From Mobula hypostoma (taxonomy: Eukaryota): DNA of 64,000 bases. Of the stretch, positions 50,211-64,000 are shown piece after piece; the stretch's first letter is position 1; the number at the start of each line of letters is the position of its first letter. The position numbers and the translations under genes are program-made. The stretch spans positions 231,138,001-231,202,000 of the forward strand of contig NC_086097.1 in NCBI RefSeq assembly GCF_963921235.1. The letters run 5' to 3'. A model generated the notes under the pieces. It saw nothing but the letters and a program-made list of their open reading frames with translations. It ran no database searches and was not told the DNA's origin.

Positions 50211-52046
50211 GAACTGTCAAAGCAAATAACTTACAAAATAATAATGTTGACAATTGTTGTACCAATAGAGAGAAAAATTAGGTAATTTGTAAATGAAACA
50301 ATGGATCTTTACCCATTACCCATTTTCCTTTCATGGCATAAAGAAATTAGCTTTTCATAACATCACAAATTATAATTAGGCACTAATAATCTCAGAAAAT
50401 TATGTACTCTTAACGACATTCAAGCTATTTGAGTGTAAACTAAACCCTGGATTTTTAATCACTTGTTACCTCCCAGTTTCTCACTTCATCCCTCACTCAC
50501 CCATCCACCTCCACCTCACCTGGTACCACCAATTATCTGTCAGCTTGTACTCCTTCCCCTCTCTCCACCTTCTTATTTTGGCTTCTAGACCCTTCCTTTC
50601 CAGTCTTGAAGGATCTCAGCCTAATGGTCAATTGTTTATTCCCCTCCACAGATGCTGCCTGACCTGCTGAGTTCCTGCAGCATTTTGTGTGAGTTGTCCT
50701 GGACATTTAGCAGCGCATTTAATTCTAATATTTATACTTTGCTTTTAAACAACAGATGATACCACTGCAGAGACGAGTAATATTACATCCTGTTTAACAG
50801 ATTGCCGCTTTTTGTGCAAAACCTTTAATAAAGTACCATCAGAAAGGATCATGTTGTCTTCACAGATAGAATCGGCACATTCAGATCTACATTATTGCTT
50901 GTTACACATTCCTGCGCATCTTAAGAATCACAGGAAAATAAAATACTGAAAGGCAAGGAACAGAAAGTGACACATGACAAAATAGGAACTGAATACAGAA
51001 CAAAGTGCCACAATCTAGCTGATAAAGAAAAATAACATGGTGACAGACGGCAGAAGACAACTGCAGTCATAGCAAGACGGAAGTAAAGAAGCATGGAGTC
51101 AGACAAATAGGTAGGGGTGCGTGTGTGTGTGACTGAGTGAGAGAGAGATAGATAGATATAAGATATCATCAACAATATCAACAACCCAATTTCCCTCGGG
51201 ATCAATAAAGTATGTCTAATATCACCCACACTACTTTTTAAAGATTTTTTTCGCGTCATACAGAAGCTGTTCATAGTGATTAAAATAATACGTCCTACTA
51301 AATGTTACTATGAAGATGTGTCTGACAATTACAAGTCTCAACTTTGCTCTGATTTCATAAAGCCAGCTGCTTTCCATTATATAAAATTTTAAAACGAGCA
51401 AATCAGAATGATCAGCACCCAACTCCTCTCACCCACTGCCACCCCTTTACCAGAGCTGGGGGGGTGTCGGGGAGGAGGGCCGATTCCCCAAACCTCTATG
51501 CTGAACCTGAAGGTGACCGGGCTGGGGCACTGCTCGAGAACGCTCTAACAGCCTTTTGACTGGAGACAGCACCTCAGGCTGGAGTCACACCTCCTATCAC
51601 AAATGAGGGGTTTTAAATGTAGTTTAAAATGTTTTATGGAGATATTTATAATCTACAATTATGAATAGTACAACGTAAAATATTTTTTAATTACAATCAC
51701 AGGTTAGCGATTCAAGAATAAATGAATTACTTTCGTTTTCCATCTGAAGCCATGCTGGATTTAACCAGTGCAGCATCACAGAGCTGACTTCCAGAGAATA
51801 TACAAAACTGTGTACATATTTTGAGGTGCTGTGATCAATTATTTGCTGAAGCACTGCCACTAAATTGTACCTGTAAATCTTTCTGAACTGCACCTACTGT
51901 GTGGTGTCATCTTGTTATGATTAGACTAATAATGTATTTTGTGTGATGCAAGCTGTTTTTGGATTTAGAAGGTAACAGAAGTAGTAAGTTTTTTCAAATA
52001 GCTGTGTGAGGCAGTGAGATAATGTATTAAACATTTGCCCCACTTA

Positions 52047-53103
52047 GGGTACGTCCACACTATGCCGGATAATTTTGAAAACAAAGCTTTTTCTCTTTGT
52101 TTTGACCTTCTGTCCACACTGCAACAGCGTTTTCACCCCCCCCCCCCGAAAACTGAGATTTTCAGAAATGGTCTCCTGAGAGAATAAATCTGAAAACGCC
52201 TAATATCCGCTGTAGTGTGTATGGGGTAAATGGAGAGATTTGAAAACACTGTCATGACAACACCACAACAACAAGGCTTTTTCTGCTTCTGCTTGGTACT
52301 GCGCAAGCACTGCCGGACGGTTGTTATAACGTGCAGTCGGTGTGAACGGCGTGAGAGTTAAATTGTAAAGCGAGCTTTTTTGACTATTTAAAAACGCTGT
52401 CATGACATGCTGGAACAGATGGTCGCAGTGCGGCATTTCGTTGTTTTCTTGAACACAATCCCCCACATAACCTAACAATTTCAGAACAGACGGCAACAAG
52501 ACTGGAGCCAGAAGAGTTAGAAATGTACTCACCAAATATTTTGACCCATAGCTTACTGAATAAATAAGTATACTCACTTTGCCCTGTTTTCTGTCCTTGT
52601 TTTTATGAAGGTGGTTCACCTATTTATGCAAGTACTTCTGACAATAGATGTGTAACAGCCTAATGTAACATTGTATGGAAATACAAGATAACACTGATGC
52701 AGACATGTTTTATATATTTAACAAGGTGCTTTATTAATGCAACAGAGTTAGGCAGTTTTTTAATGTTCATCGTCAGCCGGGTCATACTGTCCGTGAACTC
52801 CCTGTCGGTTGCCTCCATACGCTCCAGTATTTGGTTTTTTTAGTTTTAAGTCCTCCTGTGCGAGAGCCAAGAGCAATTCCTTTGAAGTTTTTCTACTCTG
52901 TAACTGGACAAACGCGCACTAAGTATACCATTTCCTCTTCGCTTGTTTTCTGTGTGTCCTGTGCATGCCCAGTAGAGGAGATTCACCCAAATATCCATGT
53001 TAGTGTGGACAGGGACATTTTGAAAAACGCTTAGTGTGTACGCCTGTCGTTTTTACTCGAAACCGGCGTTTTCAAAATCATCCGGCGTAGTGTGGATGTA
53101 GCC
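52047..53103. mobile_element. PIF/Harbinger-like non-autonomous DNA transposon
   Basis: TIRs gggtacgtccacactatgccggataattttgaaaac and gttttcaaaatcatccggcgtagtgtggatgtagcc; TTA TSD at 52044-52046 and 53104-53106; no transposase. Confidence 0.88.
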
Positions 53104-53689
53104 TTAGTTTTTCAAGAATGAAATGCTGTGCTTCTTTGAAGTATGGAAAACACAATGCCAAAATGCAGGACATATGATTTCTGGTTTCCTTCTAGAACAG
53201 TGAATTTGGGGTTGATTTCTGGCTCTGAATCAGCTCTTTTAAAAATGCTAATAGGTGTACTTCAGCAGAAAATGTCAAGTTCCTTTCAATTGGGTACATC
53301 TCTTTTATATGCACAAATAAACTATTAACTGCTCCTTATGGATACTAATCTCTTTTTTTTTCAGCTGTCAAATGCAGATCATGACATTTCCAATTAAGCT
53401 AAGAAAAGAAGGCTTGATCTACCTCTTAAAAATGCAGAGCAAAAGTTGTTTTCTCCCCCTCTAAATTTAAGCACATTAGTTTTGTAGTTGTATGCAAATT
53501 GAATTTAAAAATCCGGAACCTGTATTTATATAGCACCTTTTGGAGGTTCAACGTGCCCAGTAATATCTTATAGCCTGAAGATGCACTTCCGCAGTGTATA
53601 ATAAAGGAAATGTCCCTCCCCCTACCTTTTCATTCTGGCGTATCTCCCCTTCTTTTCAGTCTTGAATTTCAAAGTAAAATTTATTTGTG

Positions 53690-53920
53690 AATCTGTGGAA
53701 TTCTCTGTGCAGCAGTGGAAGCTACCTCAGTAAATATAGTTAAGACAAGGTTGGATAGATTTTGGCATAGTAGGGGAATTAAGGGTTGTGGGGAAAAGGC
53801 AGATAGGTGGAGATGAGTCCATGGCCAGATCAGCCATGATCTTATTGCAAGGTGGAGCAGGCTTGATGGGCCGAATGGCCTACTCCTGCTCCCATTTCTT
53901 ATGTTCTTGTGTTCTTATTA
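53690..53920 (+). mobile_element. CR1 3' fragment
   Basis: gtgaatctgtggaattctctg...gatcagccatgat...gggccgaatggcctactcctgc and a (ttcttatg)-type tail. Confidence 0.8.
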
Positions 53921-55305
53921 TCAGAGTATATACATGTCACCGCATACAACCCTGAGATTCTTTTTCTGTGGGCATACTTAGTAAATCTGTAAAACAGTAA
54001 CTGTAAACAGGATCAGTAAACTGCAAACATCCAGAAATGTAAACTGTCACCAGACTGTGCAGATGCAAATAATAACTAAAATAATGAGCATGAAATAACA
54101 AAATAAGAGCCCTTAAATGAGTGTAGTTATCTCCTTTTGTTCAACAGCCTGATGGTTGAGGGGTAGCAACTGCTTTTGAACCTGGTGGTGTGAGTCCTCA
54201 GACACTGTTACCTTCTACCTGATGGCAGCAGCAAGAAACGAGCATGGCCTGGGTGGAGATCTTTGATGATGGATGCTGCTTTACTACGACAATGTTTCAT
54301 GTAGATCTGCTCAATGGTTGGGAGGGTTTTGTTTTACCCATAATGTACTGAGCCGAATCCACTACCTTCTGTAGGATTTTCTGCTCAAAGGCATTGTTGT
54401 TCTCATACTAGGCCGTAATGCATCCAGTCAGCACACTTTCCCCACACATCTACAGAAGTTTGCCACGGTTTTTGATCACATGCTGAATATCTGCAGCTTC
54501 CTGTGGAAACAGAGGAGCTGCTGTGTTTTCTTCACAATTATATTCATATGATGGGTCCTCTGAGATAGTGACACGCAGGAATTTAAAGTTACTGATCCTC
54601 CGATGATTACTGGCTCACGGACCTTTGGTTTCTCTCTCCTGAAGTCTACAATCAGTTCCTTGGTCTTGCTGACATTGAGTGAGAGGTTGTTGTTATGACA
54701 CCATTCAGCCAATTTTCCAATCTCCCTCTTGTATGCTGATTCATCACATTACCCCCTTCGATACAGCCCACAACAGTGGTATCATCAGCAAACTTGTATC
54801 TGGTGTTGCAGCTGTCATAGGTGTAAAGCAAGTAAAGCAATGGACTAAGCACACATTCCTGTGGTGCACCTGTGCTGACGGAGATTGTGGAGGAAATGTT
54901 TTTTGCCAACCTAAACTGACGGGTCCATTTGTGAGGAAATCCACCATCCACTTGCACAATGGGGTATTGAGGCCCAAGTCTTGGAGTTTACTGATTAGTT
55001 TAGAGGGGATGATGGTATTAAATGCTGAGCTGGAATCAATAAAGAGCATCCTGATGCATGCATCTTTGCTGTCCAGCTGTTGCAGGGTTGTGTGAAGAGC
55101 CAATGAGATGGTATCTGCTGTAGACCTGTTGCCTGAGTAGGTGAATTGGAGGGAATCCAAGTCAGGAGCTGATGGGCCCCAACACCAGCCTCTCAAAATA
55201 CTTCATCACTGTGGATGTAAGTGCCACTGGGTGATAGTCATTTAGACAGGTTACCACGCTCTTCTTGTGCGCTGGTATAGTTCAAGCCTGCCTGAGGCAG
55301 GTAGG
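53921..55305 (-). mobile_element. Rex1/Babar-like LINE (continues at 59575-59633 beyond the Gypsy insertion)
   Basis: [48 protein letters not shown] on the far side of the LTR element. Confidence 0.85.
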
Positions 55306-57132
55306 TGTCATGTACTGAAGTGGTAAGGTCAGTTAATGTAGTTTGACACTTGACAAGTAAGGTGATGATGTCATCAGTCAGGGACAGAACAACATGTGAT
55401 TTGAGGGAGCATGGAAGTGAGAATGAGAAGTAAAGACACCTTCAGAGCATGAAGCCTTGAGTCATGATGTGTGTTCTGTCTAGTTAAGCACTAAGATAGG
55501 TTGCAAATACACAACAGTGGCGATGAGGGAACGGACTTTGAAAGTAAACTTAACTTTAGTTGATGAGATTAGAGAAATCCGGGATCCAAAGCGTCCAATA
55601 TTTGATGGTGCCGGCTACGCTAGGTCCAAGATGGACGAAGTAGCTCAACTCATTTGAAATTTATGCCAACGGTAAAGGACAGATAGTGGACGATAGCGCA
55701 ACAGATAATACAAAACAAAGACAGAGAGCACTACTTTTGCACCCTGCAGTACCAGATGTACAGGGTATATTCTCAACACTGCCAAGCACGGGACAAGTGA
55801 CAGACAGTGGAGGATGTGCTGAGTGTTTACTCCATTCCCCAGGTCAACACTATGTCTGCTGGCAGCATTTTCATCAACTTGTCCAAAAACAAGGTGGGAC
55901 GGTCAGCAGTTCTCTACTTGCCTTCGGCAGGCAGCAAAGGACTATAGTTTTCGAATTGACACACCAAATCAGGCATGCCACAGTTGGAAAATGTAATTCA
56001 GTCTATATGTGGAGAAAACTACTGGAGAATATGCAAGGTCTAACGCTTGCCTGCACACTGGAATAGCGGCACAATGTGAAAAAGTAGAGGAACAATTATC
56101 AGCCTTGTCACTCCAAGGGAGCCAGACAGAGACCGTGCACCATGTTTCACACCGTGAGGACACAACACATGGCAAAAAGACGGGAAAAGTAAGTCTCCTA
56201 ATACAAATGAAAGGAAATGCTACAGATGTGGAAACACAGATTACCCAGGTAGAGACCCAAAGTGCCCAGCTGGTGGACAGATGTGTAGAAAATGCACTGG
56301 AAAGGACCACTTTGCAAAATGTGCCGGACAAAAGGATTAAAGACACAAAAAGTGAACAACGTTGAGGATGAACAGAAGCAATTTGCATTTGTTGTTAATG
56401 AGATAGAGTCATCTGAAAAAGTACAAGTGTCATTTTTGTTTTGGGGTATAAACCTCTGCGTGTCAGTAGATTCAGGAGCCAGAGGTAATATGCTGGGTGA
56501 AAATAAGTGGGAAAAACTTCAGTCAAAGAAGATGAAGTGCCATACATATATCCCTAAGCCAATTTTGATAAAGATGCACCAACTAAAGTAATAGCAGATG
56601 CCAGCCCAGACAAACTGGGGGCAGTACTCATACAAAAACAAAATGAAGGAACGGTACTTGTCTGCTCTGTGAGCTGTGGTCTCACAGACTGTGAACGAAA
56701 ATACTCCCGGAGTGAGAAGCATTAGCAGTAGTATGGGCCTGTGAAAGACTTCATCCTTATCTGTATGGGAGAAAATCTGACCTGATCACAGATCACAGAG
56801 ATGACTTACAGCCCAAGATCTAAACCATACGCATGCACAGAGCGGGCAATCTTGAAATTGCAACCATATGACTACAGAGTCCTACACATGCCAGAAAAAC
56901 AGAACACTGCAGACCCACTGTCAAAGCTACTGGGGGGGACTGCTCAAAAGGAGAGACACCAGCATGGTTCAGAGAGATATGTCGGGTTCATAGCTGTGAG
57001 TGCTATGCCTAAAGCCCTGACAACACAAGAGATAGAGAGAGCCTCAGCCGCAGTTCCAGAGTTGCAGGAGGTGTGTAAAGCCATCATGAATAGACACATT
57101 GAGAACTGTAAGGCATGTACACCCATTGTAAA

Positions 57133-57632
57133 TAGTCATAGTCATACTTTATTGATCCCGGGGGAAATTGGTTTTCATTACAGTTGCACCATAAATAATT
57201 AAATAGTAATAAAACCATAAATAATTAAATAGTAATATGTAAGTTATGCCAGGAAATAAGTCCAGGACCAGCCTATTGGCTCAGGATGTCTGACCCTCCA
57301 AGGGAGGAGTTGTAAAGTTTGATGGCCACAGGCAGGAATGACTTCCTATGACAATCTGTGTTGCATCTCGGTGGAAAGAGTCTCTGGCTGAATGTAGTCC
57401 TGTGCCCAAACAGTACATTATGTAGTGGATGGGAGACATTGTGCAAGATGGCATGCAACTTGGACAGCATCCTCTTTTCAGACACCACCGTCAGAGAGTC
57501 CAGTTCCATCCCCACAACATCACTGGCCTTACAAATGAGTTTGTTGATTCTGTTGGTGTCTGTTACCCTCAGCCTGCTGGCCCAGCACACAACAGCAAAT
57601 ATGATCGCACTGGCCACCACAGACTCAAACAC
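57133..57632 (-). mobile_element. Rex1/Babar-like 3' fragment nested in Gypsy pol
   Basis: FESVVASAIIFAVVCW...SHPLH...RKSFLPVAIKLYN; (gactat)n tail. Confidence 0.85.
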
Positions 57633-58098
57633 AATAAATGAGCTGTGTGTTGTGGGTCACCTTCTCCTCAAAGGGACACGGACTGTGTTACCTAAAGCCT
57701 TGCACACACGGGCACTCGCCCCAGCTCATGGAGGACACTTGGGAATAGTTGGTACAAAACAGCATCTCAGAACCAAGGTTTGGTGGCCAGTATGGATAAA
57801 GCAGCTGAGAAATGCTGCATGACTTGTCACAGCTATCAAACTCCATCTAAAACCCACCCCCCAGAACCACTAAAACTGAATCCATTACCGGATGGCCCTT
57901 GGCAGGAGGTAACTGTTGATTTGCTTGGACCATTACCAACAAACCATTTCATTCCAGTAGTGATTGATTAGTACAGCCGATTTTATGACTATGACATTTT
58001 GACCTCTACCACTGCAGAGAGTTATTGACAGTCTGGAGAACATCTTCAGAAGACATGGATGGCCCATAGCTCTCAAATCAGATAATGGACCTCAATTC

Positions 58099-58420
58099 GT
58101 GTTTGAGGAACGTGTTTGCAGACTGGATATTGAACTTTTTACTGTTGGACTTCGGCCACATTCCACCGTGATACACCACTTGGCAGCACGGGAGGTCGTT
58201 CCTGCCTGTGGCCATCGAACGTGCAGCTCCTCCCGTGGATGGTCAGACACTCTGAGCCAATAGACTGGTCCTGGACTTATTTTCCATCTGGCGTAGTTTG
58301 CATTTTGGTGTTAGATTGTTGGGGTTTTTTGTATTGCTATATTTACGCTCTATTCTTGGTTGGTGCGGCTGTAACGAAACCAAATTTCCCTCGGGATTAA
58401 TAAAGTATCTCTATCTATCT
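58099..58420 (+). mobile_element. Rex1-like 3' tail nested in the Gypsy integrase
   Basis: tcgttcctgcctgtggccatc...ttccctcgggattaataaagtatc(tatc)n; aattc duplicated at the junctions. Confidence 0.7.
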
Positions 58421-61400
58421 AATTCAGATCGAACAGATCAAGGAATATTGTGGCAGTAATGGAATCAAACACCTTAAAACAATGGCTCAGGCAAATTGTG
58501 AAGTGAAGTGCCAAAATGCCTCACTGATGATAAGGATTAGGATTGCTGAAGCAGAAGGACTTGACTGGAAATGGGAACTGAGAAAGTATGTGACTGTGTA
58601 CAGATGTGTGGAACTTGCCACTACAGGGAAAGTCCTGCTGAACTTCTCTACAACTGCAAAATGAGGGGGAAGTTACCAGACATCAAGGAAGTACACAGAG
58701 CAGAACTCGGTAGTTCGTGATCGGGACGCAGAACAAAAAGGAAAGTACAAGCAGACAATCACAGAGGAGCACAAGAGTCTACTGTAAAAGTTGGGGACAT
58801 TGTGCTTACCCGGCCAGAAAAAGTGGACAAATTCACCCCACCTTTCAGAACAACACCACACAGGGTGGTGAGGAAAACTGGAAATCAAGTGATAGTTGAA
58901 TCTCCAACTGGAGTGCAGTATGCAAGGAACACCACACGTTAAAAAAAAGTTCAACACTAGAAACTTCTGACAAACAGGAGGAAATTCAAGGATTTGACAT
59001 AAGGTACCGAGACAGCAGGACAATATGATGGATAGTTATGGACAAGCTCAGGTTCACAGTGAGCAAAAGCTATTACCAGACATTGAAAGCAGAGAGAAAC
59101 TGGTAGATAGACCTCAAAGGGTTAGAAGACAACCTCTGAAGTTTAATTATTTTGTATTGAAGTAGAGCTTTAAGTTGTGGGTTTTGAAACAATGAAAACT
59201 GTTGTACTGGAGTTTTCAGTTCCAGAGTTATCACTAAGTTGAAACAGAAAATGTGTTGGTTATAGTCATGCGTATCAGAGAATATGTGTTGAATTGAAAT
59301 GGTTAAATCTGTGAGTTGAATGTGTTCTACAACATTGAAGTTCATTTCTCAGGAAAGGAGGGATGTCATGTATTGAAATGGTAAGGTCAGTTAATGTAGT
59401 TTGACACTTGCCAGCCACGGTGATGATGTCATCAGTCTTGGTCAGAACAACACGTGATGAAAGGGAGGATGGAAGCGAGAATGAGAAATAAAGACACGTT
59501 CAAAGCATGAAGTGTCCAGTCATGATGCATGCACTATCTAGTTAAGTACCAATGTAGGTTGCAAATACACAACACTGCCAGAGTGAGAGATTGAAGGTAT
59601 CTGTGAATACACCAGCCAGTTGGTCAGCACAAGTCGTTAACTGTGTATTCATTTCCATAGATGCTGCCTGACCTGCTGAATTTCTGCAGCATTTTGTGTG
59701 CGTTACTAAGGAAATGTTATAACCCATCTCCAAAATTGTAGCCTCAATTTAAGCCATTTCACTTTTATGGAATAAAAGACAATCTCAAAATTTAATCCAT
59801 TTTATATTTGTACATATAGAAGCACAGTTTGAAACTACACTTAAAATATGAAAGATGTATTCGAACTCTTTGCACGTTCCAAAAGAATTGCATGTACCAA
59901 ATAAAATTTGTATAACTTTCTTGGTCTTGTGTTACACATCATTTGTTGTAAGAGTTTTAGATCCGTGACATAAAACAGTGAGGGAACATGAGTTGAATTT
60001 TGTTGGCAGTGGGTAACAGTTCCAATTGTATCTTCAAGAATTCAGCTGCTCCCCTTAAGTAAATTGTGGCTGGTGTGGCACTGCTACAAGGCTTAGATAT
60101 TCTTAGTGACCAATTTTTTATATTTTGAGTATCAAGGAAATTTCTGGACACTGATGTGAATATTATGGGCCTAAGAAGAAAAGATCTTCAAATTTATAGC
60201 TGATTTCCATAAGAAAAAACAAACTCACCACATTTGAAAGGGTCTAAAATTTCAGATTTCAGGGCCAAAGATAATAGAATTAGAGGAGCATCAAACAAGA
60301 GAAGTGTGCTTGTCAATCAAGCCAAACTCAATGCTATTAATTTTGAGATGATAGATGTTGATAAAAATAAGGAAAATCACTTTAAAAAGATTATAGCGGA
60401 GTGATCATAAAAGGAAGGTTGGTATATTTGGTTCAAAAGACACCAAAAAGTGACACTTCTAAGTGGCAAAGACTGAAGAGACCACAAGTGTTGGAATCGA
60501 GAACACAAAAAGAACACAGGAAGAATTCAGCAGGTCAAGCAGCATCTGCAGAGGCAAATGTGCATGACATGATGCAGGATATAGATCTGAAACTTCAACA
60601 AGCGTCGTAGCTTCCGCAGATGCTGCTTAACCTACTGAGTTCTTCCAGTATTGTTCTTTTAAACTAATGCATGACAAAATTCAAACAAAATTAAAGAAAT
60701 GGAGTTTTCTGACAAAATACAACAGAAGCGCTAAGTCAAAGACCTAGAAAATAACAATGCTGCACTTCTTTCTGCTTCTAGTCCTTGAGGCCCAGCTGCT
60801 AGTTCAAGAATTTTGTCCCCACCTTGATGGAGAAACAGCAATATATTTTCAGGTCCAAACAGTGCAAGTTTTTAAGGGTATTGCAACTGGTGGCAGTCCA
60901 TGCCCCAGTGAACTCATCCATCAAGATCGCTGAGATCAGAAGTTTGGGATGCACTGATGGTACCTGGGAAAGCTACACTGATAGAACACTGTTGCCGGGT
61001 GCAGCAATGTCAGTGGTGGAGTTGAGGACTGGGGATCGTGTTCCAACCCAGTCAGCTGCTTTGTGCTTAAGGGTATTTTTGCTTCTTTAAAACTGCATCA
61101 CATTCCTGATGGCAAGGCCTTTAGGAAATAAAAAGAAACATATCACCTTTCTTCAAGTTAGGTATTTTGTGGACCAGTCCCCCTCTCGTTTCCCACTACA
61201 TTTTAACCCAAATTCAGCAAGTACCACCTGATAGCAGAGAGAATGACCCAGTCCGTCATTTTGCTCAGGGATGGATTTAGACTGATGAGGTAGCATCGGT
61301 CCAGCCTGCATTTATTCCATTTTTTTGTGAGGAGGACACAACTCTTGGGTAGTTACTGGTATTGAAACATATGGGCAAAGGTAGAAATAGTTTTTTTTAA

Positions 61401-62205
61401 AGAGACACAGTATGGTAACAGGTGCTTACAGCCCACGAAGCATGTACTACCCAATTACACCCATGTGACCAATTAACCTATGGTGTCTTTTGATTGTGGG
61501 AGGAGCCAAGAGCCCACATGAACACACAAACTCCTTGCAGACAGCAGCAGCAATTGAACCCGGGTCACTAGCACTCTAGTAGCATTACACTAACCACTAT
61601 GTCTCCGCTCTGGGGACTAGATTTCGGTGCCACAATGTGAATGTTATCAGATTTATTCACTTTATCTACATCTAGTATCTCAGCACTTAGTACCACTTAA
61701 ATGGAAATTGGGTTTTGTGATAAGCAGCAATCTCTGGGAGAGGACACGACCACTCATTCAGCATTTGTGGCTTGCCTGCAAGCAGCTTAAGCTGAAATTT
61801 TGTAATCACATGCTAGACACTGTCATGGTTGAAAATGCTTTATGTTTAAGGAGCATCCACTGCCTGTTGTTCAATTACCCACCACTATTCATGAATTAAA
61901 TAGCAGGATTGTAGAGCTCTGATCTGATCCTTTCATTATAGGACTGCTCTGCACACTCCACAGTCTAATATCCATATAGTCCTCTTTTGCAGCTCCATTT
62001 TACCACAACTTGCTGCTGTTCCTGACACCTGCTTCTACACTTCAAAATAAAATAAGTGAATCAGATTTGGACTCCTGGCTTCTTCTTAATGGTGGAGTAA
62101 CAAAATTACAGAATCTGTGGCTATTATTACTTTTGGTCTACAATGCATTAAGGATCTTCAGATTAGAACTATCATATCAGAATTTATTTGTCATAATGGC
62201 ACCAC

Positions 62206-62470
62206 GACCCGGCTGGTGGCGTAGTGGCATCAGTGCCGGACTTCGGGACAAAAGGGTCCCGAGTTCAAATCCAGCCAGCTCCCCTGCACGCTTTCCATCT
62301 GTGCTGGGTTATGAGCTGGTGATCTCTTTGGAAACTCAGCCGGCAGAAAGCAATGGCAAACCACTGCTGTAACTTGCCTCATACGCAGTTCCCCACTACG
62401 TCAGAGAGGCGCGGAGGGAAATCGTCCGCTAAACTCCGGATGCTACGTACCCTTCTTTTTTTTTTCCCCC
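62206..62470 (+). mobile_element. tRNA-headed SINE with an RTE-like 3' part
   Basis: A/B boxes tggcgtagtgg...gagttcaaatcc; aatggcaaaccact motif; T-rich tail; TSD aatggcaccac at 62195-62205 and 62471-62481. Confidence 0.8.
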
Positions 62471-62582
62471 AATGGCACCACAAAACCCAACAGAAGGTGC
62501 TTCAGTGGAGATTTTCTTTCAACCAATGAGTTCCCCAACTAAGAGGTCTACGTCCTCTCTCAGCGCTCCCACAAACCAGTCC

Positions 62583-63050
62583 AGTCAAGTCAAGTTTATT
62601 GTCATTTAACTACATGCATGTATACTGTCCAATGAAACAGCGTTTCTCCAGACCAGGATGTAAAGCACAGTAGTACATGTGACACACATATAATGCACAA
62701 TAACTTAGGAAAGTAAGAATTCAATCAACAATTGAATTACGCATGGATAAACAAAATGAAGTGCATAAATTAAATATTGATGGCTAAAGTACAAATTATC
62801 CAGTGACATTTTGAATGCCATTCGGCAAGGAGTTCAGAAGCCCAGTGGCCTGAGGAAGAAGCTGTTTCCCCATCCTGACTATTCTTGTATTTATGCATCG
62901 GAGTCTCCTGCCTGATGGTAGAATGTCAGAGGATGCTGGATGGGTGGGTGGGATCCTTGATGATACTAAAGGCCCCTCGTATGCAGTGCTCCTGATAAGT
63001 GCCCCCCATGAATGGTAGGGAGACCCCAATGATCCTCTTGGCTGTTTAAC
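62583..63050 (-). mobile_element. Rex1/Babar-like 3' fragment
   Basis: ILPSGRRLRCINTR and a (gactt)n tail. Confidence 0.75.
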
Positions 63051-63291
63051 ACTACAACTAGTAATCAACATGAAATAATACTTAATAGCCAAGGAGGAAC
63101 AGGATAATGTCCAGGTAACCCTGCCTACATTGGACCTGACCGTATGAAATCTGGTGATGTCCAGGGTCAATGCTGAGGATTCCCAAGACCTTTCCCTCTG
63201 CAACAGGTATCATGGTAACACCGCCTTGTGTTGCTTTCTCTTGTTGGGATAGAACAAACCCAGGTATCATGATGGAGGTATTTGATAAGTT

Positions 63292-63508
63292 AGAAACATA
63301 GAAAATAGGTGCAGGAGTAGGCCATTCGGCCCTTCAAGCCTGCACCGCCATTCAGTATGATCATGGCTGATCATCCAACTCAGAACCCTGTACCTGCTTT
63401 TGCTCCATACCCCCTGACCCCTTTAGCCACAAGGGCCATATCTAACACCCTCTTAAATATAGCCCATGAACTAGCCTCAACTGTTTCCTGTGGCAGAGAA
63501 TTCCACAA
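63292..63508 (-). mobile_element. CR1 3' fragment
   Basis: Reverse-complement homolog of 1-177. Confidence 0.85.
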
Positions 63509-63892
63509 TTCTCTGGCTAATAGTTACACACTGGTTGCAGAATCATTATCAGGTGCTTGCTTTACTTATCTAATAGGTACTGTTTTCATAATTTAGGTAC
63601 ATACTGAAAGGTTTGTTGAGCACTGCATAGAATTAACTGAACGGTATGTATATCTGTCATGTCAGATTCCGGTGGCTTGTTCAGTGCCCTGCAGTACATC
63701 CTTCTATGTTCGTATTATATTCTGCTGCAGTAATTTGGTACAACTGAAATGATATAGCTAGCCAGAGTCAACCACCATGCTACAGGTGTGAGGTTACATT
63801 AGGAGAAGAGCAGCTTAATGCTGTTAGTGGGCACGTAATTGACAAGCTGTGACACATGATTCAGAGACACAAACTCAAAGCAAACCATTCAC

Positions 63893-64000
63893 ATACAAGA
63901 GAAAATCTGCAGATGCTGGAAATCCAAGCAACACACGCACAAAATGCTGGAGGAACTCAGCAGGCCAGGCAGTGTCAAAGGAAAAGAGTCCAGTCCTGCC
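63893..64000 (-). mobile_element. Penelope terminal fragment running to the window edge
   Basis: aatctgcagatgctggaaatcc...aaatgctggaggaactcagcaggccaggcag. Confidence 0.7.

Larger units (their letters stand above)
55306..59574 (+). mobile_element. Degenerate Gypsy LTR retrotransposon (second family), RT core deleted
   Basis: LTRs 55306-55516 and 59364-59574 (tgtcatgta...tacacaaca); PBS gtggcgatgag; PPT aggaaaggaggga. Gag, protease VSVDSGA, RNase H (ADASP...LGAVL) and integrase (HGGHLG...KVWWP, SDNGPQF). Confidence 0.92.

Noticed and set aside
62206..62280. tRNA gene (also at 43463, 3370 and 32836)
   Set aside because: A/B boxes are present but there is no convincing cloverleaf, and each continues into a SINE body.
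37938..64000. Upstream L3MBTL exon (expected WKDGxxxLPGSxLK)
   Set aside because: Not found by eye. It is probably beyond the window, but I may have missed it.

Overview
Eukaryotic, AT-rich, repeat-dense vertebrate DNA. The mix of HER1-like CR1, Rex1/Babar, Penelope, L1/Tx1, Gypsy, Tc1 and Harbinger repeats suggests a cartilaginous fish, probably a ray; this is an inference. Most of the window appears to be intron of one minus-strand L3MBTL-family (MBT-repeat chromatin reader) gene, best guess L3MBTL4. Five exons splice in frame (37937-37805, 20521-20371, 18989-18857, 15982-15868, 13355-13261); the neighbouring exons were not found. Highlights: (1) a Gypsy LTR element whose RT/RNase H/integrase region is replaced by an intronless, poly(A)-less fragment of RBM25 mRNA; (2) small fold-back Penelope insertions with 13-bp TSDs that turn at a minimal hammerhead ribozyme, with several hammerheads on the host sense strand; (3) a twin-primed 5'-inverted L1 whose TSD matches the inversion point; (4) a full-length L1/Tx1-like element with YY1/ETS motifs nested in a CR1; (5) a Dong/R4-like fragment in a (TAA)n tract. 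No prokaryotic systems or CRISPR arrays. Family names come from remembered motifs, not database searches.
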